Part shown: one piece after another, positions 10,986 to 21,530 of the stretch | How positions within the stretch are numbered: position 1 is the stretch's first letter | How the letters are laid out: each line of letters opens with the position of its first letter | Assembly (NCBI GenBank): GCA_963783385.1 | Contig: CAWANJ010000009.1 | Coordinates: 1 to 64,000 of the forward strand | Origin: an uncultured Gemmatimonadales bacterium | GTDB taxonomy: Bacteria; Gemmatimonadota; Gemmatimonadetes; Palauibacterales; Palauibacteraceae | Length of the DNA: 64,000 bases | Reading direction: 5' to 3' | Notes under the pieces: model-generated | Databases searched by the model: none | What the model saw: only the letters and a program-made list of their open reading frames with translations | What the model was told of the DNA's origin: nothing | Program-made: the position numbers and the translations under genes

Positions 10986-12012
10986 ATGATCGAGCTGAAG
11001 GACGACGCGCTGGAGTTCTCGTTTCCGGAGGTCCACCCGGACGCGCGCCTCCGGGTCGAGTTCCAGCGGACGCTCCGGATCCCGGACGACGGGAAGACCC
11101 ACGCGCTCCCGCCGGGCCTCGGCCGCTTCCCGCTCCGCCACGTGGACGACGCGGGCGAGAGGGTGCCGCCAGAGTGGCTCCGCCGGGGCGGCGTCATGCT
11201 CCCCATGTACCAGTCCGAGGCGATGTGGCTGAACTTCACCGCGCACTCCGACTACCCGTTCGCCCTCAAGGTGGCGGCCGGGAAGGTGAACGCGGCCACG
11301 GGCGAGGACTGGGAGGACGGCCTCCACCGCGGCCCCCAGGACTACCTGCTCGTCCCGGGCCAGCCGTGGCTGGACGGCTACGCGGTCGGAGAAGGGCGTG
11401 ATCCGCCAGTTCGTGGCCATGCCCCTCGGCGAGGGCTACACGGCCGAGGAGCAGATCCACGGCACCGCCGAGTTCGGGGGCGTGCAGCTCCTGGCGTGCC
11501 CGATGAAGCGGGAGGCGTACGAGCGGAAGGTGGCGAGGGCGGCGCGGCGTCGCGCGGCGACCTCGCGAACATGCGACATCTGCGGTGTGCGAGGCCATCC
11601 GCCTCCGGCCCGCCCCGACATGGGCCTCGCCCCGGGCGGCCGCATGCGCCAGGAGATCTACGAGGACGAGTTCGAGCTCGAGGACTGGGACCAGCGCCAC
11701 CGGAGCCGCTGCTTCGTGCACCTCACGAACTCCCTCGTGTGGCGGGCCATCACCGGCGAGGCGCCGCCCACCACGCCCCCGACCGCCAGGGAGTACACGG
11801 CCGCCGGCCTCCCGTGGTTCGACTACTACGCGGCCGACCGGAAGGCGCTGGAGGGCTCGGAGAAGCTGGCCGAGCTCGAGAGCGTGCTGGAGAAGGCGGC
11901 GCGGGAGGGCAGGGTGGGCCTGCCGGAGAACGAGGCGGTCGAGGGTGAGCGGGTGGTGCCGATCCGGGAGCGGGGGCGAGAGCGGGCGGGCGTGCGGGAC
12001 GGGAGGTGGTGA
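10986..12012 (+). CDS. Uncharacterised protein X, copy B (frameshift near 11390)
   Basis: MIELKDDALEFSFPEVHP...LPPGLGRFPLRHVDD...; ends RAGVRDGRW*. Confidence 0.85.
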
Positions 12013-12242
12013 GAAGCGGTGATCATATCTGGCTGAGCCGCATGATCTTCCGAAGTGCGCGGAGGGAGCCAGGGGACAGGTCGGATGCCCGATGTCTCGT
12101 CATCACGGTCGTCCCGGTCTCTAGACGCCCCCCTCCGTGCCGCGGCACCTCGCCGTGCGGTTGGCCACATCGACCCGGGCCCGTTACTTGCGCCTAACGA
12201 TAACTATAGACGTTACCACGTCTTCCGCCCGGAGGGTCGACC

Positions 12243-12392
12243 ATGCTCTGGACCATCGCCGTCATCCTGTTCATCCTGTGGTTGCTCGGGTTCTTCGCCT
12301 TCCACGTGGGCGGCGGACTCATTCACCTGGTGCTCGTCGTCGCCGTCATCCTGATCCTCTGGAATCTGATTGCGGGGCGGCGCGCCGTTTAG
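12243..12392 (+). CDS. Small membrane protein, lmo0937/DUF5670 family (49 aa)
   Basis: MLWTIAVILFILWLLGFFAFHVGGGLIHLVLVVAVILILWNLIAGRRAV*; RBS GGAGGG; below the ORF-track cutoff. Confidence 0.85.
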   Translation: MLWTIAVILFILWLLGFFAFHVGGGLIHLVLVVAVILILWNLIAGRRAV

Positions 12393-12721
12393 ACGCGACC
12401 ACAGGGGAGCCGGGACAAGAAGGTCACAGTAGAGGTCGTCGCCGGCGAGGAATCTCACCCTCTCGTCGAGCCGTGGTCTATTGGCCACGGCGTGCGGCCG
12501 CGGCCTCGGCGGAAGAGTCTCCCCACAAAGAGTCGGGGCTACCGGTCGGCCCGGCGACCCCCCCGATGATCTGGCTCGCTCTCGGGAAGGATGGGCCCGG
12601 GGCAACGTGATCGCCCGTCCCCCTGCGTTGCCGGGCTCCTCCGCCCGCGTCATACTCGCATGACCGATCGGAAGACTCGGGCCTGGGGGGAGGCATCCGA
12701 AGCAGAACGAGCATCCGGGGC

Positions 12722-13555
12722 GTGGCAGCGCTTCTCACCGCCCGCGTGGCCCGAAGCCTCCCCGCAGCTGGCCTCCTCGCCGTTGCCCTTCTCGCCGCGG
12801 CCCTCCTCGGCCTGGCCCTGCCGGCCCCGGCGTCCGCGCAGGCGGCGATCCTGAACACGGAGACCCTCCAGCCCAGCGACGTCTCGGGGTTCTTCCTGAG
12901 CCTGAGCGCGGCGGCCGACCTGCAGGGCGGGAACTCGGACGTGGCCAGGTTGAGCGGAAGCGGGGCGATCGGGTTCCAGGGCGAGCGGAACCGGGTCGTG
13001 CTCATGGGCGGGCTCTCCTACCTGTCGGCCAGCGACTCGGTCTCGACCAGCGACCGCTACGCCCAGCTCCGCTACAACCGCTTCCTCACGAAGCGGACGC
13101 GCACCTTCCACTTCGTCCAGGTGCAGGCGAGCCGCGCCCAGCTCCTGCGGCGGCGCGTGCTGGTGGGGAGCGGCCTGCGCCACGCGTTCCTGGCGGGGGA
13201 GAACACCCGGCTGGACCTGGGCGCGGGACTCATGTGGGAGCACGAGCGGCTGAACGTCTCGGGGCTCCCGCCCGGCACCGCTGCCCGCGGCACGGACTGG
13301 CGCGGGGAGCTCCTGGCCGTCGCCTCCCGGCGGCTCTCGAAGTCGAGCCGCCTCTCGGAGGTGATGTACGCGGAGCCCCGGGTGGATCGGCCCTCCGACG
13401 TGCGCGTCCTGAGCGAGCTCCGCCTGGGAGCCAACGTCACCGCGGGCGTGCAGCTCACCCTCGCCTTCCGCTGGCGCTACGACAGCCGGCCGCCGCCCTC
13501 GGTGCGGCGTCACGACGTGGAGCTGGAGGCGGGGCTGGGCGCGCTGGTGCGGTAG
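12722..13555 (+). CDS. DUF481-like outer-membrane beta-barrel protein
   Basis: Signal peptide, AILNTETL, GGNSDV, alternating beta-strand pattern, YDSRPP. Confidence 0.7.
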   Translation: MAALLTARVARSLPAAGLLAVALLAAALLGLALPAPASAQAAILNTETLQPSDVSGFFLSLSAAADLQGGNSDVARLSGSGAIGFQGERNRVVLMGGLSYLSASDSVSTSDRYAQLRYNRFLTKRTRTFHFVQVQASRAQLLRRRVLVGSGLRHAFLAGENTRLDLGAGLMWEHERLNVSGLPPGTAARGTDWRGELLAVASRRLSKSSRLSEVMYAEPRVDRPSDVRVLSELRLGANVTAGVQLTLAFRWRYDSRPPPSVRRHDVELEAGLGALVR

Positions 13556-13637
13556 GAGGCCCACCGGTGCCCGTGGGGCCAGGGGTCCCTCGAGCCGGGC
13601 GCGGCCTCCTCACGGAACGCCGCGGTGGCGGGCACGC

Positions 13638-14042
13638 TCAGTAAGCGATCACCTCCAGACCCGGCACGCGCTCGAACTCGCGCGCGTTGCGGGTGACGAG
13701 CGGTGCCCCGTCCACCAGCGCGGCCGTGGCGATGAGGAGGTCCATGGTGGAGATCGTCTCGCCCCGGCGGCGGAGCTCGGCCAGGAGCCGGCCGTACTCG
13801 GGCGGGAAGCGCTCGTCCGGGGCCGACAGGGCCAGGGGCCGCACGAGCGCCTCGACGCGCGCGCGCTCCCCGGGCGGGTCCTTCGAGAGCTCGGCGCCCG
13901 CGTGCAGCTCGCACACGACGTGGACCGAGACGCCCAGCTCTTCCTCGCCCAGGGCCTCGAGCCGCGCGGTCGCCGGTCCCTCCTCGTCGCGGGCCGCCTC
14001 GCGGAGGAGATCGATCAGGAAGGAGGTGTCGAGGTGGGTCAC
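13638..14042 (-). CDS. vapC: VapC PIN-domain toxin
   Basis: LDTSFLIDLL, VCEL, MDLLIATAAL, LVTRNAREFERVPGL. Confidence 0.92.
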   Translation of the reverse strand: MTHLDTSFLIDLLREAARDEEGPATARLEALGEEELGVSVHVVCELHAGAELSKDPPGERARVEALVRPLALSAPDERFPPEYGRLLAELRRRGETISTMDLLIATAALVDGAPLVTRNAREFERVPGLEVIAY

Positions 14043-14272
14043 AGCTCCGGCCCGGTGGCCGGCTCCTCGGAGCGCCGCGCCACGAGGTCGTCGGCCGCAT
14101 CCAGGGTCGAGGCATCGAGCAGCACCCGGGCCAGCGCCGCGCGGAGCTCCCGCCCGGTGGCGCCTCGCGTGAAGTGCTTCTTGATCACGTCGGAGAACGA
14201 CTCGCCGCGGCGCTTGCGGCGCCTCAGCGCTTCGTAGGCCTCGAGGTCGATGCTGATGGTCTTGGTGGCCAT
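14039..14272 (-). CDS. vapB: VapB antitoxin
   Basis: MATKTISIDLEAYEALRRRKRRGESFSDVI; overlaps vapC start. Confidence 0.9.
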   Translation of the reverse strand: MATKTISIDLEAYEALRRRKRRGESFSDVIKKHFTRGATGRELRAALARVLLDASTLDAADDLVARRSEEPATGPEL

Positions 14273-14332
14273 GCATCAAGCATACACAGACAGTGCACGA
14301 AACGCAACGGCACCCTCGACGGAGCGGGGGCG

Positions 14333-15529
14333 CTAGCGTGCCGGCGCGAAGTCCCTGAGGTGCGCCACGGTCGGCGCGTCGAGCGCCTTCAGGAGCGCCA
14401 CCACCAGGTCCACCGTGGCGTCGAAGTCCTTCCGGCCCATGACGCCGTTGTGGGCGTGGGTGTAGCGGACGGGGACGACGATGTTCACGGTGGGCGCGCC
14501 GCCGCCGGCCTTCTGCATCTCGGCGGAGTCGTCGCCGTATCCCTGCACGAGGTCCAGCTGCAGGGGAATGCCGTGGTCGGCGGCCACCTTCTTCACGAGG
14601 TCGACGAACGCCTGGTTGGGGATCTCGCTGAAGTCGTAGAGGAAGAGCCCCGGTCCGCCCCCCAGGCGCACCTGGCTCCGCTCCGGACGGGACCACGGCT
14701 GGTCGCCGGTGACGCCTCCCTCGAGCGCGATGCCCACGTCCGGGGCCACGACCTCCGAGGCCGTGTGCGCCCCCCGCAGGCCCACCTCTTCCTGCACGGT
14801 GGCCGCGTAGAACATGCGGTTGGGGTGTCCCTCGTCGTGCAGGCGGCGCATGACCTCCAGGAGGACGGCCAGCCCCGCGCGGTCGTCCCACGCCTTGCCC
14901 AGGTAACGCCCCGTGCCGTTCAGCTCCTCGAAGGGCGCGTCGGGCACCACCGCGTCACCGGGCCCGATGCCCAGCGCACGGACCTCATCGGCGGTGCTGG
15001 CGCCCACGTCCAGGTAGAGGCTCTCCCGCGGAAAGACCCGGCTCCGCTCGTCCGAGGGGAGGAGGTGGACGTCGCGGATCCCCGTGACGGCGCGGACCGG
15101 ACCCTTCGAGCCCATGATGATCCAGCGCTGATCCACCAGCGCCTGGTCGAGCCAGCCGCCCAGCATCTGCATGCTGAGATACCCATCGGGGCGGATCCGC
15201 CGCACCATGCCGCCCAGCTCGTCCATGTGAGCGTCGAGCATCACGCGGGGGCCGCTCCCGCCCTGGACGGCGATGACCGAGCCCAGGCCGTCGTAGCGGA
15301 GGCTGTCCGCGTACGGCTTCATGCGCCGGACCACCAGCGCCCGCACCGGCCCCTCGAGGCCGGACGGGCCCGGCGCCTCCGACAGCTCCTTCAGGAGGTT
15401 CGCGACCCGGTCGGGTGGGGTCGCCGCCCGGGCCGCCGCCTGGGCCGCCGCCGGCCGCGGCGCCGCGAAGGCCGCCAGGCACCCCAGGACACAGGCGGCG
15501 ACCGTCATGCGCGCCATCCTCCTCGTCAT
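14333..15529 (-). CDS. M42-family metallopeptidase, secreted
   Basis: DAHMDELG, GKAWDDRAG, VQEEVGLRGA, RYTHAH; signal peptide. Confidence 0.9.
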   Translation of the reverse strand: MTRRMARMTVAACVLGCLAAFAAPRPAAAQAAARAATPPDRVANLLKELSEAPGPSGLEGPVRALVVRRMKPYADSLRYDGLGSVIAVQGGSGPRVMLDAHMDELGGMVRRIRPDGYLSMQMLGGWLDQALVDQRWIIMGSKGPVRAVTGIRDVHLLPSDERSRVFPRESLYLDVGASTADEVRALGIGPGDAVVPDAPFEELNGTGRYLGKAWDDRAGLAVLLEVMRRLHDEGHPNRMFYAATVQEEVGLRGAHTASEVVAPDVGIALEGGVTGDQPWSRPERSQVRLGGGPGLFLYDFSEIPNQAFVDLVKKVAADHGIPLQLDLVQGYGDDSAEMQKAGGGAPTVNIVVPVRYTHAHNGVMGRKDFDATVDLVVALLKALDAPTVAHLRDFAPAR

Positions 15530-15861
15530 GATCCTTCCTCCTCGTGCGTCCGAAGGCTCCGTCGGCCATCGCTCCCTCCGCGACGAAAGGGCGCGCACCG
15601 CACGGCCTCCGCAAGGGGGCCGTCGCATCGAACGCCGGGACCCGCGGGCGGCGGCCGATCTCCGCTACGTGACGCTGGAGCTGGGAGGCCCCTGGAGCTT
15701 CTGATGCGGTGCGGAGGGAAGGGAGCCCCTCCGCACCGCCGGTCCGTCGGCTGCATGTTCGAGCTCGGAGACCGGGAGCCGCGCCACCGTCGCCGCTCCC
15801 TCACATACGTCGTGAACTGGCTCGCAGGGCGGGCCATCGCCGGTCGGGCCCCGCGCGGAGG

Positions 15862-16881
15862 TCACGAGCCGGGCGTGAAGCTCCACTCGACGGTCACCTG
15901 GACGGGCATGTCGTAGGTCGGGTCGCTCCAGGTGCCCAGGTTCGACGTGAACGCCAGCCTCCCGCTCAGCGGCCGTCCGGCCGCGGGGAGCGGCCCGGTG
16001 GCCGTGAGGGCGCTCTTCCAGTCCTTCCCCTTCGGCGGCTCCTTGCCCAGGAACGGGATGGCCTGGTCGTCGGGCGTGCCGTCCGGATGGCGCTCGCCCC
16101 GGCAGGGGCCCGCCGGGTGGGCGGCGCCGCAGTCGTGCGCCCCGACCAGGCCCACCCCGGCCAGGCGATCCAGGGCCAGCTCGTAGGTCTTCGCCGCGTC
16201 GTTGATGCGGAGCTCCGCGCCCAGCACCGGCGAGGCCGAGCCGACCCACGTCTGCGCGAGGTCTTCCCGCCCGCCTCCCTCGCCGCCGGAGGCGGCGCCG
16301 AAGCGGACCTCGTCCTGCTCGACGCGCACCGAGCCGGCGCCCGGAGAGGGATCGGACGGGTTCGGGGCCCAAACGCGCAGGCCCGTCGCCATGTTCACCG
16401 CCTGGGCGATCTGCTGGACGTTCGCGCTGGCCGACATGGCGGTCTGCAGGGCGACCTGGTACTTGGGATCGGCGATCTTCTCCGCCTGGAGGCGGTCCGC
16501 GCACGCCTCGTCCTCGCCGCAGGCCTCCTCCTTCTCGTCGTACTTGTCCAGGATGGCCTGGGCCTCCTCGGCCGACATGGCGCCCGGCCGCCCGGCCGCC
16601 TGGCCCATCGCCCCGGCGCCCGCCCGGTCCGGGCCGCCCGCGCCGGCGGTCACGAGCCGGGTCTCGAAGCTGGCCGTCTGGTGGGCCTTCCAGCTGATGG
16701 AATCCCACATGGACGCCTTGCCCGGGAGGCGTCCCTGGCCCGTCACGGTGACGCGGACCTTGAGCGTGCCGTGGGCCGGACCGCCGCCGGCCGACCCGGG
16801 GTCCTGGGCGGCCGCGACGACGGGGATCGACCCCGCCGCGGCCAGCGCGAGCGCGAGCACGAGCGCCGAGGGACTTCGCAT
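15862..16881 (-). CDS. Secreted hypothetical protein
   Basis: Signal peptide MRSPSALVLALALAAAGS; paired Cys residues; host-like codon use. Confidence 0.65.
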   Translation of the reverse strand: MRSPSALVLALALAAAGSIPVVAAAQDPGSAGGGPAHGTLKVRVTVTGQGRLPGKASMWDSISWKAHQTASFETRLVTAGAGGPDRAGAGAMGQAAGRPGAMSAEEAQAILDKYDEKEEACGEDEACADRLQAEKIADPKYQVALQTAMSASANVQQIAQAVNMATGLRVWAPNPSDPSPGAGSVRVEQDEVRFGAASGGEGGGREDLAQTWVGSASPVLGAELRINDAAKTYELALDRLAGVGLVGAHDCGAAHPAGPCRGERHPDGTPDDQAIPFLGKEPPKGKDWKSALTATGPLPAAGRPLSGRLAFTSNLGTWSDPTYDMPVQVTVEWSFTPGS

Positions 16882-17094
16882 GGTACGGATCCTTGGACGA
16901 GGGGTGACGATGGGGGACCCCATCTTGCCGCAGGACGGCCTCCGCCCGGACGGGCGGACCTCCACCGCCAATATAGCGCGATCGACGGAATTAGGAATGG
17001 GAAACACGGGCGGACTCGCGGACGGGGACGGCCGGTCGCAAGACAGGCCGGAGTCCCCAGACGGGTCAGACCGACCGCGAACGGGTCCCCTCCG

Positions 17095-17230
17095 TTGGAG
17101 GTCGTGCCGGCAGCCGGTCGGACGCTACGAGCTTGCGAAGCCGGACGATGGAGGTGCCCCTTCGGGCGGCCTCGTTCTGGAGCCGAGCTTCGAGGGCCTG
17201 TCGGAAGGGGGCTGCCGTTGGGTACTTCAC
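17095..17230 (-). pseudogene. Truncated AbiEii toxin N-terminus
   Basis: MKYPTAAPFRQALEARL...RLRKLVASDRL.AR, then homology is lost; overlaps the stop of the upstream abiEi. Confidence 0.65.
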
Positions 17231-17786
17231 GGCCGCTCGGCCCGGCGCACGCCGTCCTCCACGAGCTCCTGCACGCGTCCGCCGCGCCTGCGTGCGGCCG
17301 CGATCAGGTCCCGCCGGGCCGAGAGGCCTCGTTGGATGGCCTCGGCCGCCGCGCCGGATCTGCTCGGGAGCGACGCCGGCTTCGGCCGCGTCCACGATCG
17401 ATCGCGTGGGTGCCGTGACGCGCATGCCATTGCGCACCGTCACGTCGCTCGGCCCGAGCGCGCGCGTCGTGGTGTGAAGCGTCACGCCCGGTGGAGGGCC
17501 GTAACCGCGTCGAGACCGCGGAACCGCTATATGGACCGAGGAGGGGACGACGTCGGAGAGGTCCAGGAGCTCGAGGGCGCTCTCGTGGGAGACCGCCGCC
17601 GTGTCGGGACCCGCAGCCAGCCACGCCGCGATGAACGCGGATGAACTCGCCCGTGCCGGCGTGGTGGGAGAGGAGGGATCGGCTGTAACCGCACTCCCGC
17701 GCCTGAGCGGTCGTGCAGTGGCCGCCCTGCTGTGACGCTGTGGCGAAGAGTCGCTCGCGATCGGGGCCTCCACGCGTGCCATTCAC
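17227..17786 (-). pseudogene. Decayed AbiEi antitoxin (second AbiE module)
   Basis: ASQQGGHCTTAQA, AVSHESALELLDL, RVTAPTRSIVD; frameshifts and an apparent internal deletion. Confidence 0.75.
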
Positions 17787-17903
17787 ATGCCAGATGTGGC
17801 TTGACAAATGTATACAGCAAGCCCCGCGGATCCCCGGTGAGGTATCGCGCCGCTCCCTACGGGCCGTGTGGCGCGGTACAATGAGCTCTCCAAGCACACT
17901 CTC

Positions 17904-17964
17904 TGCGTGTAACCGGTTGCGAATAGCGTCCAACGCTGTAGCTATTCGTAATCGACTACACGCA
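17904..17964. promoter_or_regulatory. Inverted repeat made of two LacI-type operator-like palindromes
   Basis: 24-bp arms (20/24 complementary) with a 13-nt spacer; contain TGTAACCGGTTGCG and CGTAATCGACTACA. Confidence 0.5.
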
Positions 17965-17996
17965 CGGACGCCGCGCCTCGGGCCGGAGCCGACATT

Positions 17997-20911
17997 GTGG
18001 ACCGCACGACCTCCAGGAAAGTCACCATCGGCGTCGCCGCGGCCCTCGCCGGGGTGGTCATCGGGCTGGCCCTCGTCCCCCTCCTCTTCCGGGGAAAGAT
18101 CGAGGAGCGCGCCCGCCGGGCGGTGAACGGCGCGGTCTCGGCCCACGTGGAGTGGGGGAGCGCCGGGCTCTCGCTCCTCCGCCACTTCCCGAACCCCGAC
18201 CTCCGGATGCGGAACCTGGTGGTCACGGGGGTCGGGCCGTTCGAGGGCGACACGCTGGCCTCGGTCGGCGGCCTGGACGTGGTGCTGGACCTGGGGAGCC
18301 TGTGGGGTGCGTGGCGCCACGGCGCGCCGGTCGTGGTGCGCTCGGTCGTGGTCGACGCGCCGACGCTCCGCCTGGTCCGCACGCGGGAGGGCGCGGCGAG
18401 CTGGGACATCGGGAAGAAGCCCGCGCAGGCCGAAGGCCAGAAGCCCGCGGCCGCCGGGGCGGCGGCGTGCGCCTGGGCCTCCGGAGCCTGGAGATCCACA
18501 GCGGCGACATTACGTTCCGGGACAGCGCGAAGCGGCTCGAGGTCTCGGCCACCGGGCTCGAGGCGAGCCTGAGCGGCGACCTCTCCCGGGACTCGGTGAC
18601 GCTGCGGACCCGGACGCGGGCCGCGGCGGTCTCGGCCCGCTTCGCGGGGCTCCCGTACCTGAGCCGCACCCGCCTGGAGCTCACGGCCGACGTCGGGGCC
18701 GACCTGGCCCACAGGCGGTTCGCGCTGGAGCAGAGCCGGCTCCGGCTCGACGACCTGGCGCTCGACGTGTCCGGATCGGTGAGCGCCGCCGCCGGCGACC
18801 GCACGGTGGACCTGGCCTTCCGCGCGCCCGAGAACGACGTCCGCGGCCTCCTCTCCCTGGTGCCCGGCCTGTACACGAAGGAGTTCACGTCGGTGCAGAC
18901 GGCCGGCACCATGGCCCTGTCGGGCCGGGTGCAGGGGCGCTGGGGCGGAGGCGCGTTCCCCGGGTTCGAGCTGGAGGCGACGGTGCGGGGCGGCAGCTTC
19001 CGCTATCCCGACCTCCCCCTCCCGGCCCGCGACCTGGCGCTCGACCTGCGGGCGTCGAACCCCGGCGGCGACCTGGACCGCACCGTGGTGACGCTGGATA
19101 CCCTGCACGCCGTCATCGGCGAGGATCCGATCGACCTCGCCCTGACGCTCAGGACCCCCGTCTCGGACCCCGACGTGGATCTGCGGGTGGCCGGGACGCT
19201 GGACCTGGCCGCCCTGCGGCGGACCGTGCCCATGTAGGGCGTCCAGGAGCTGAAGGGCACCATCTCGGCCGACGCGGCGCTCCGGACGCGGCAGTCCTGG
19301 GTCCAGGGCCGCCAGTACGACCGCATCACGGCCCGCGGCGGGGCGGAGGCCCACGACGTCGCCCTCCGGGCCGACGCCCTGCCGCACGCGGTGACCGTCC
19401 AGGAGGCCCGGCTCCGGCTCTCCCCGGAGCGGGCCGAGCTCACCGGCTTCCGGGGGAGCGTCGGAGCCAGCGACCTCCGCATCTCCGGCTAGCCTCGCCA
19501 ACCTGGTGGGCTTCGTGCTCCGGGACGAGGACCTGGCCGGGCAGGCCACGCTCGAGAGCCGGCACTTCGACCTGGACGAATGGCGCTCCGGGGACACCCT
19601 GCGGGTGATCCCCGTCCCGCGCGGGGTCGACTTCACGCTGAACACGAGCATCGACACCCTCTCCTTCGGGTCGCTCGGGATGACCGCCGCGAGCGGGAAG
19701 GTGGTGGTGAAGGGCCGGCGCATGACGCTGGAGGGCTTCCGCGCGGACCTCCTGGGAGGGCGGGCGACCGCTTCGGGGTTCTACCAGACGACCGACGTGA
19801 CCCGTCCCACCTTCGACGCGGAGCTCCGCCTCGACAGCCTGGACATCCAGGCCGCCTTCCAGAAGCTGGCCACCGTGCGGGCCCTGGCGCCCGTGGCCCG
19901 GTGGGCGCGGGGCCGCTTCTGGGCCGCGCTCCATCTCTCCGGCGCCCTGGGGGCGAACATGCTGCCGCGCTTCGGGAGCCTGGCGGGCAGCGGCTCGCTC
20001 CAGACCACGCGGCTGTCGCTGGAGGGGTTCCCGGCGCTCCAGCGGGTGGCCGACGCGCTCAAGATCCCGGCGCTCGCCAGCCCCACGCTCGCCCCCGTGC
20101 GCGCCTCGTTCGACGTCGACGAGGGCCGCATGAAGCTGCGCCCGTTCACGGCGAGCGCGGGCGACTTCGCCATGACCGTGTCCGGCTCGAACGGCGTGGA
20201 CGGCTCGCTCCAGTACGGGGTCCAGCTCCAGGCGCCGCCCACGGCCCTGGGCGAGGCGGCCCGCCGGACCGTGTCGGGCCTCCTGGAGAAGGCGGGCCGG
20301 AGCGCCGCGGACCTCGGCGCCGCCGGGCCGGTGCGGATCGGGATCCAGCTGGGCGGGACGGTGACCGATCCCACCGTCGGGACCGACGTGGGCCGGTCGC
20401 TCGACGTCGGCGGGCGCGGGCGCGAAGGAGGCGGTGCAGGGGGCGGCCGAGGCCGCGGGCGCGAAGGCGCTCCAGGGCGCCGGCGCGGCGGCCGAGAGCG
20501 CCCGGGCCGGGGCGGAGCGGCGCACGGCCGCGGCCACGGAGGAGGCCCGGGCGCGGGCGCGGAGCCTCCTGCAGCGCGGCGCAGCAGCGCGCCGACTCGG
20601 TCCGCGCCGCCGCCCGCGGCCTGGCGGACAGGGTGCGGGCCGAGGCGGGCGCCCGGGCCGACTCGCTGGTGGCGAAGGCCCAGGGTCCCGTGGCCAAAGC
20701 GGCGGCCGGGGTGGCCGCGAGGCAGCTCCGCGCGCAGGCCGACACGCAGGCCGACCGGATGGTGCGCGAGGCCGACCGGCGGGCGGACGACATCATGGCC
20801 GCGGCCCGGGCCCGCGCCGACTCGCTGGCGCCGGGCGTGGGGGCGGCGCCGCCCGACTCGGCGGCGGCCAGTGACTCCACCGCTGCGGGTGGGGCTCCCT
20901 GGCGGGGATAG
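17997..20911 (+). CDS. AsmA-family protein (frameshifts and one in-frame TAG at 19235)
   Basis: N-terminal TM, LSLLRHFPN, GAASWDI, repeated beta-groove segments, GGTVTDP, Ala-rich coiled C-terminus. Confidence 0.75.
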
Positions 20912-20962
20912 GGCGACGGGGCGCCAGCCGGAGGCAGGAGGCCGCTTGAAATTCCTATCCCT

Positions 20963-21127
20963 GCCGCGACCGGCGACATCGAATCGGACGACCTGGCAGA
21001 CCCGGAGGTGGATGACGTGCTCGACGACCTGGGGGCGTTGGCCCTGAAGATGGGCGGAGAAGTCATTATCGTCCCCGCCGAACGGATGCCGACGCAGACG
21101 GGAATAGCAGCGATCTACCGGTACTGA
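20963..21127 (+). pseudogene. C-terminal fragment of bacterial aeRF1-like release-factor family protein (baeRF3-like)
   Basis: DLADPEVDDVLDDLGALALKMGGEVIIVPAERMPTQTGIAAIYRY*; no start codon; precedes HPF gene. Confidence 0.65.
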
Positions 21128-21155
21128 AACGCAGTTACGATAAGGGGACGGGCTC

Positions 21156-21473
21156 ATGCAGATTCAAATCAACACCGATCACAATATCGAGGGTAGCGAC
21201 CGGCTGGCTCAACAGGTGGAAGCGATAGTGGGGGATGCCCTTGATCGGTTCGGCTCGCAGATCACACGGGTGGAGGTCCACCTCAGCGACGAGAACAGCG
21301 ACAAGAAGTTCGGCGCCGAGGATAAACGCTGCCTGCTGGAGGCCCGTCTCGCCGGTCTTCAGCCGATCTCGGTGAGCGATCAGGCGGCGACTCTGGAGCA
21401 GGCCGTCGAGGGTGCTGTCGAGAAGTTGAAGCACTCCCTCGACAGCACCCTCGGGCGGTTGGGCAAGCACTAG
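21156..21473 (+). CDS. HPF/RaiA-family ribosome-associated protein
   Basis: MQIQINTDHNIEG...ITRVEVHLSDEN..K...DKRCLLEAR. Confidence 0.9.
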   Translation: MQIQINTDHNIEGSDRLAQQVEAIVGDALDRFGSQITRVEVHLSDENSDKKFGAEDKRCLLEARLAGLQPISVSDQAATLEQAVEGAVEKLKHSLDSTLGRLGKH

Positions 21474-21530
21474 GAAAACCTCATCTGCCGCAAGCAAGCT
21501 ACCGGCCGCCCCGGTCGAGCGGCCCGGTTC

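Larger units (their letters stand above)
8876..12012 (+). repeat. Direct repeat copy B
   Basis: Matches 1-3371. Confidence 0.95.

Noticed and set aside
12191-12220. Integron attC site (GCCTAAC...GTTACCA), and GTTAGGA near 3413
   Set aside because: Too short, no L-box pairing, not repeated between genes, and no intI seen
3835-19237. Amber (TAG) recoding suggested by in-frame TAGs in the GNAT (3835) and AsmA (19235) genes
   Set aside because: Many intact genes here end at TAG at the expected position (abiEii, HPF, methyltransferase); point mutation or sequencing error is more likely
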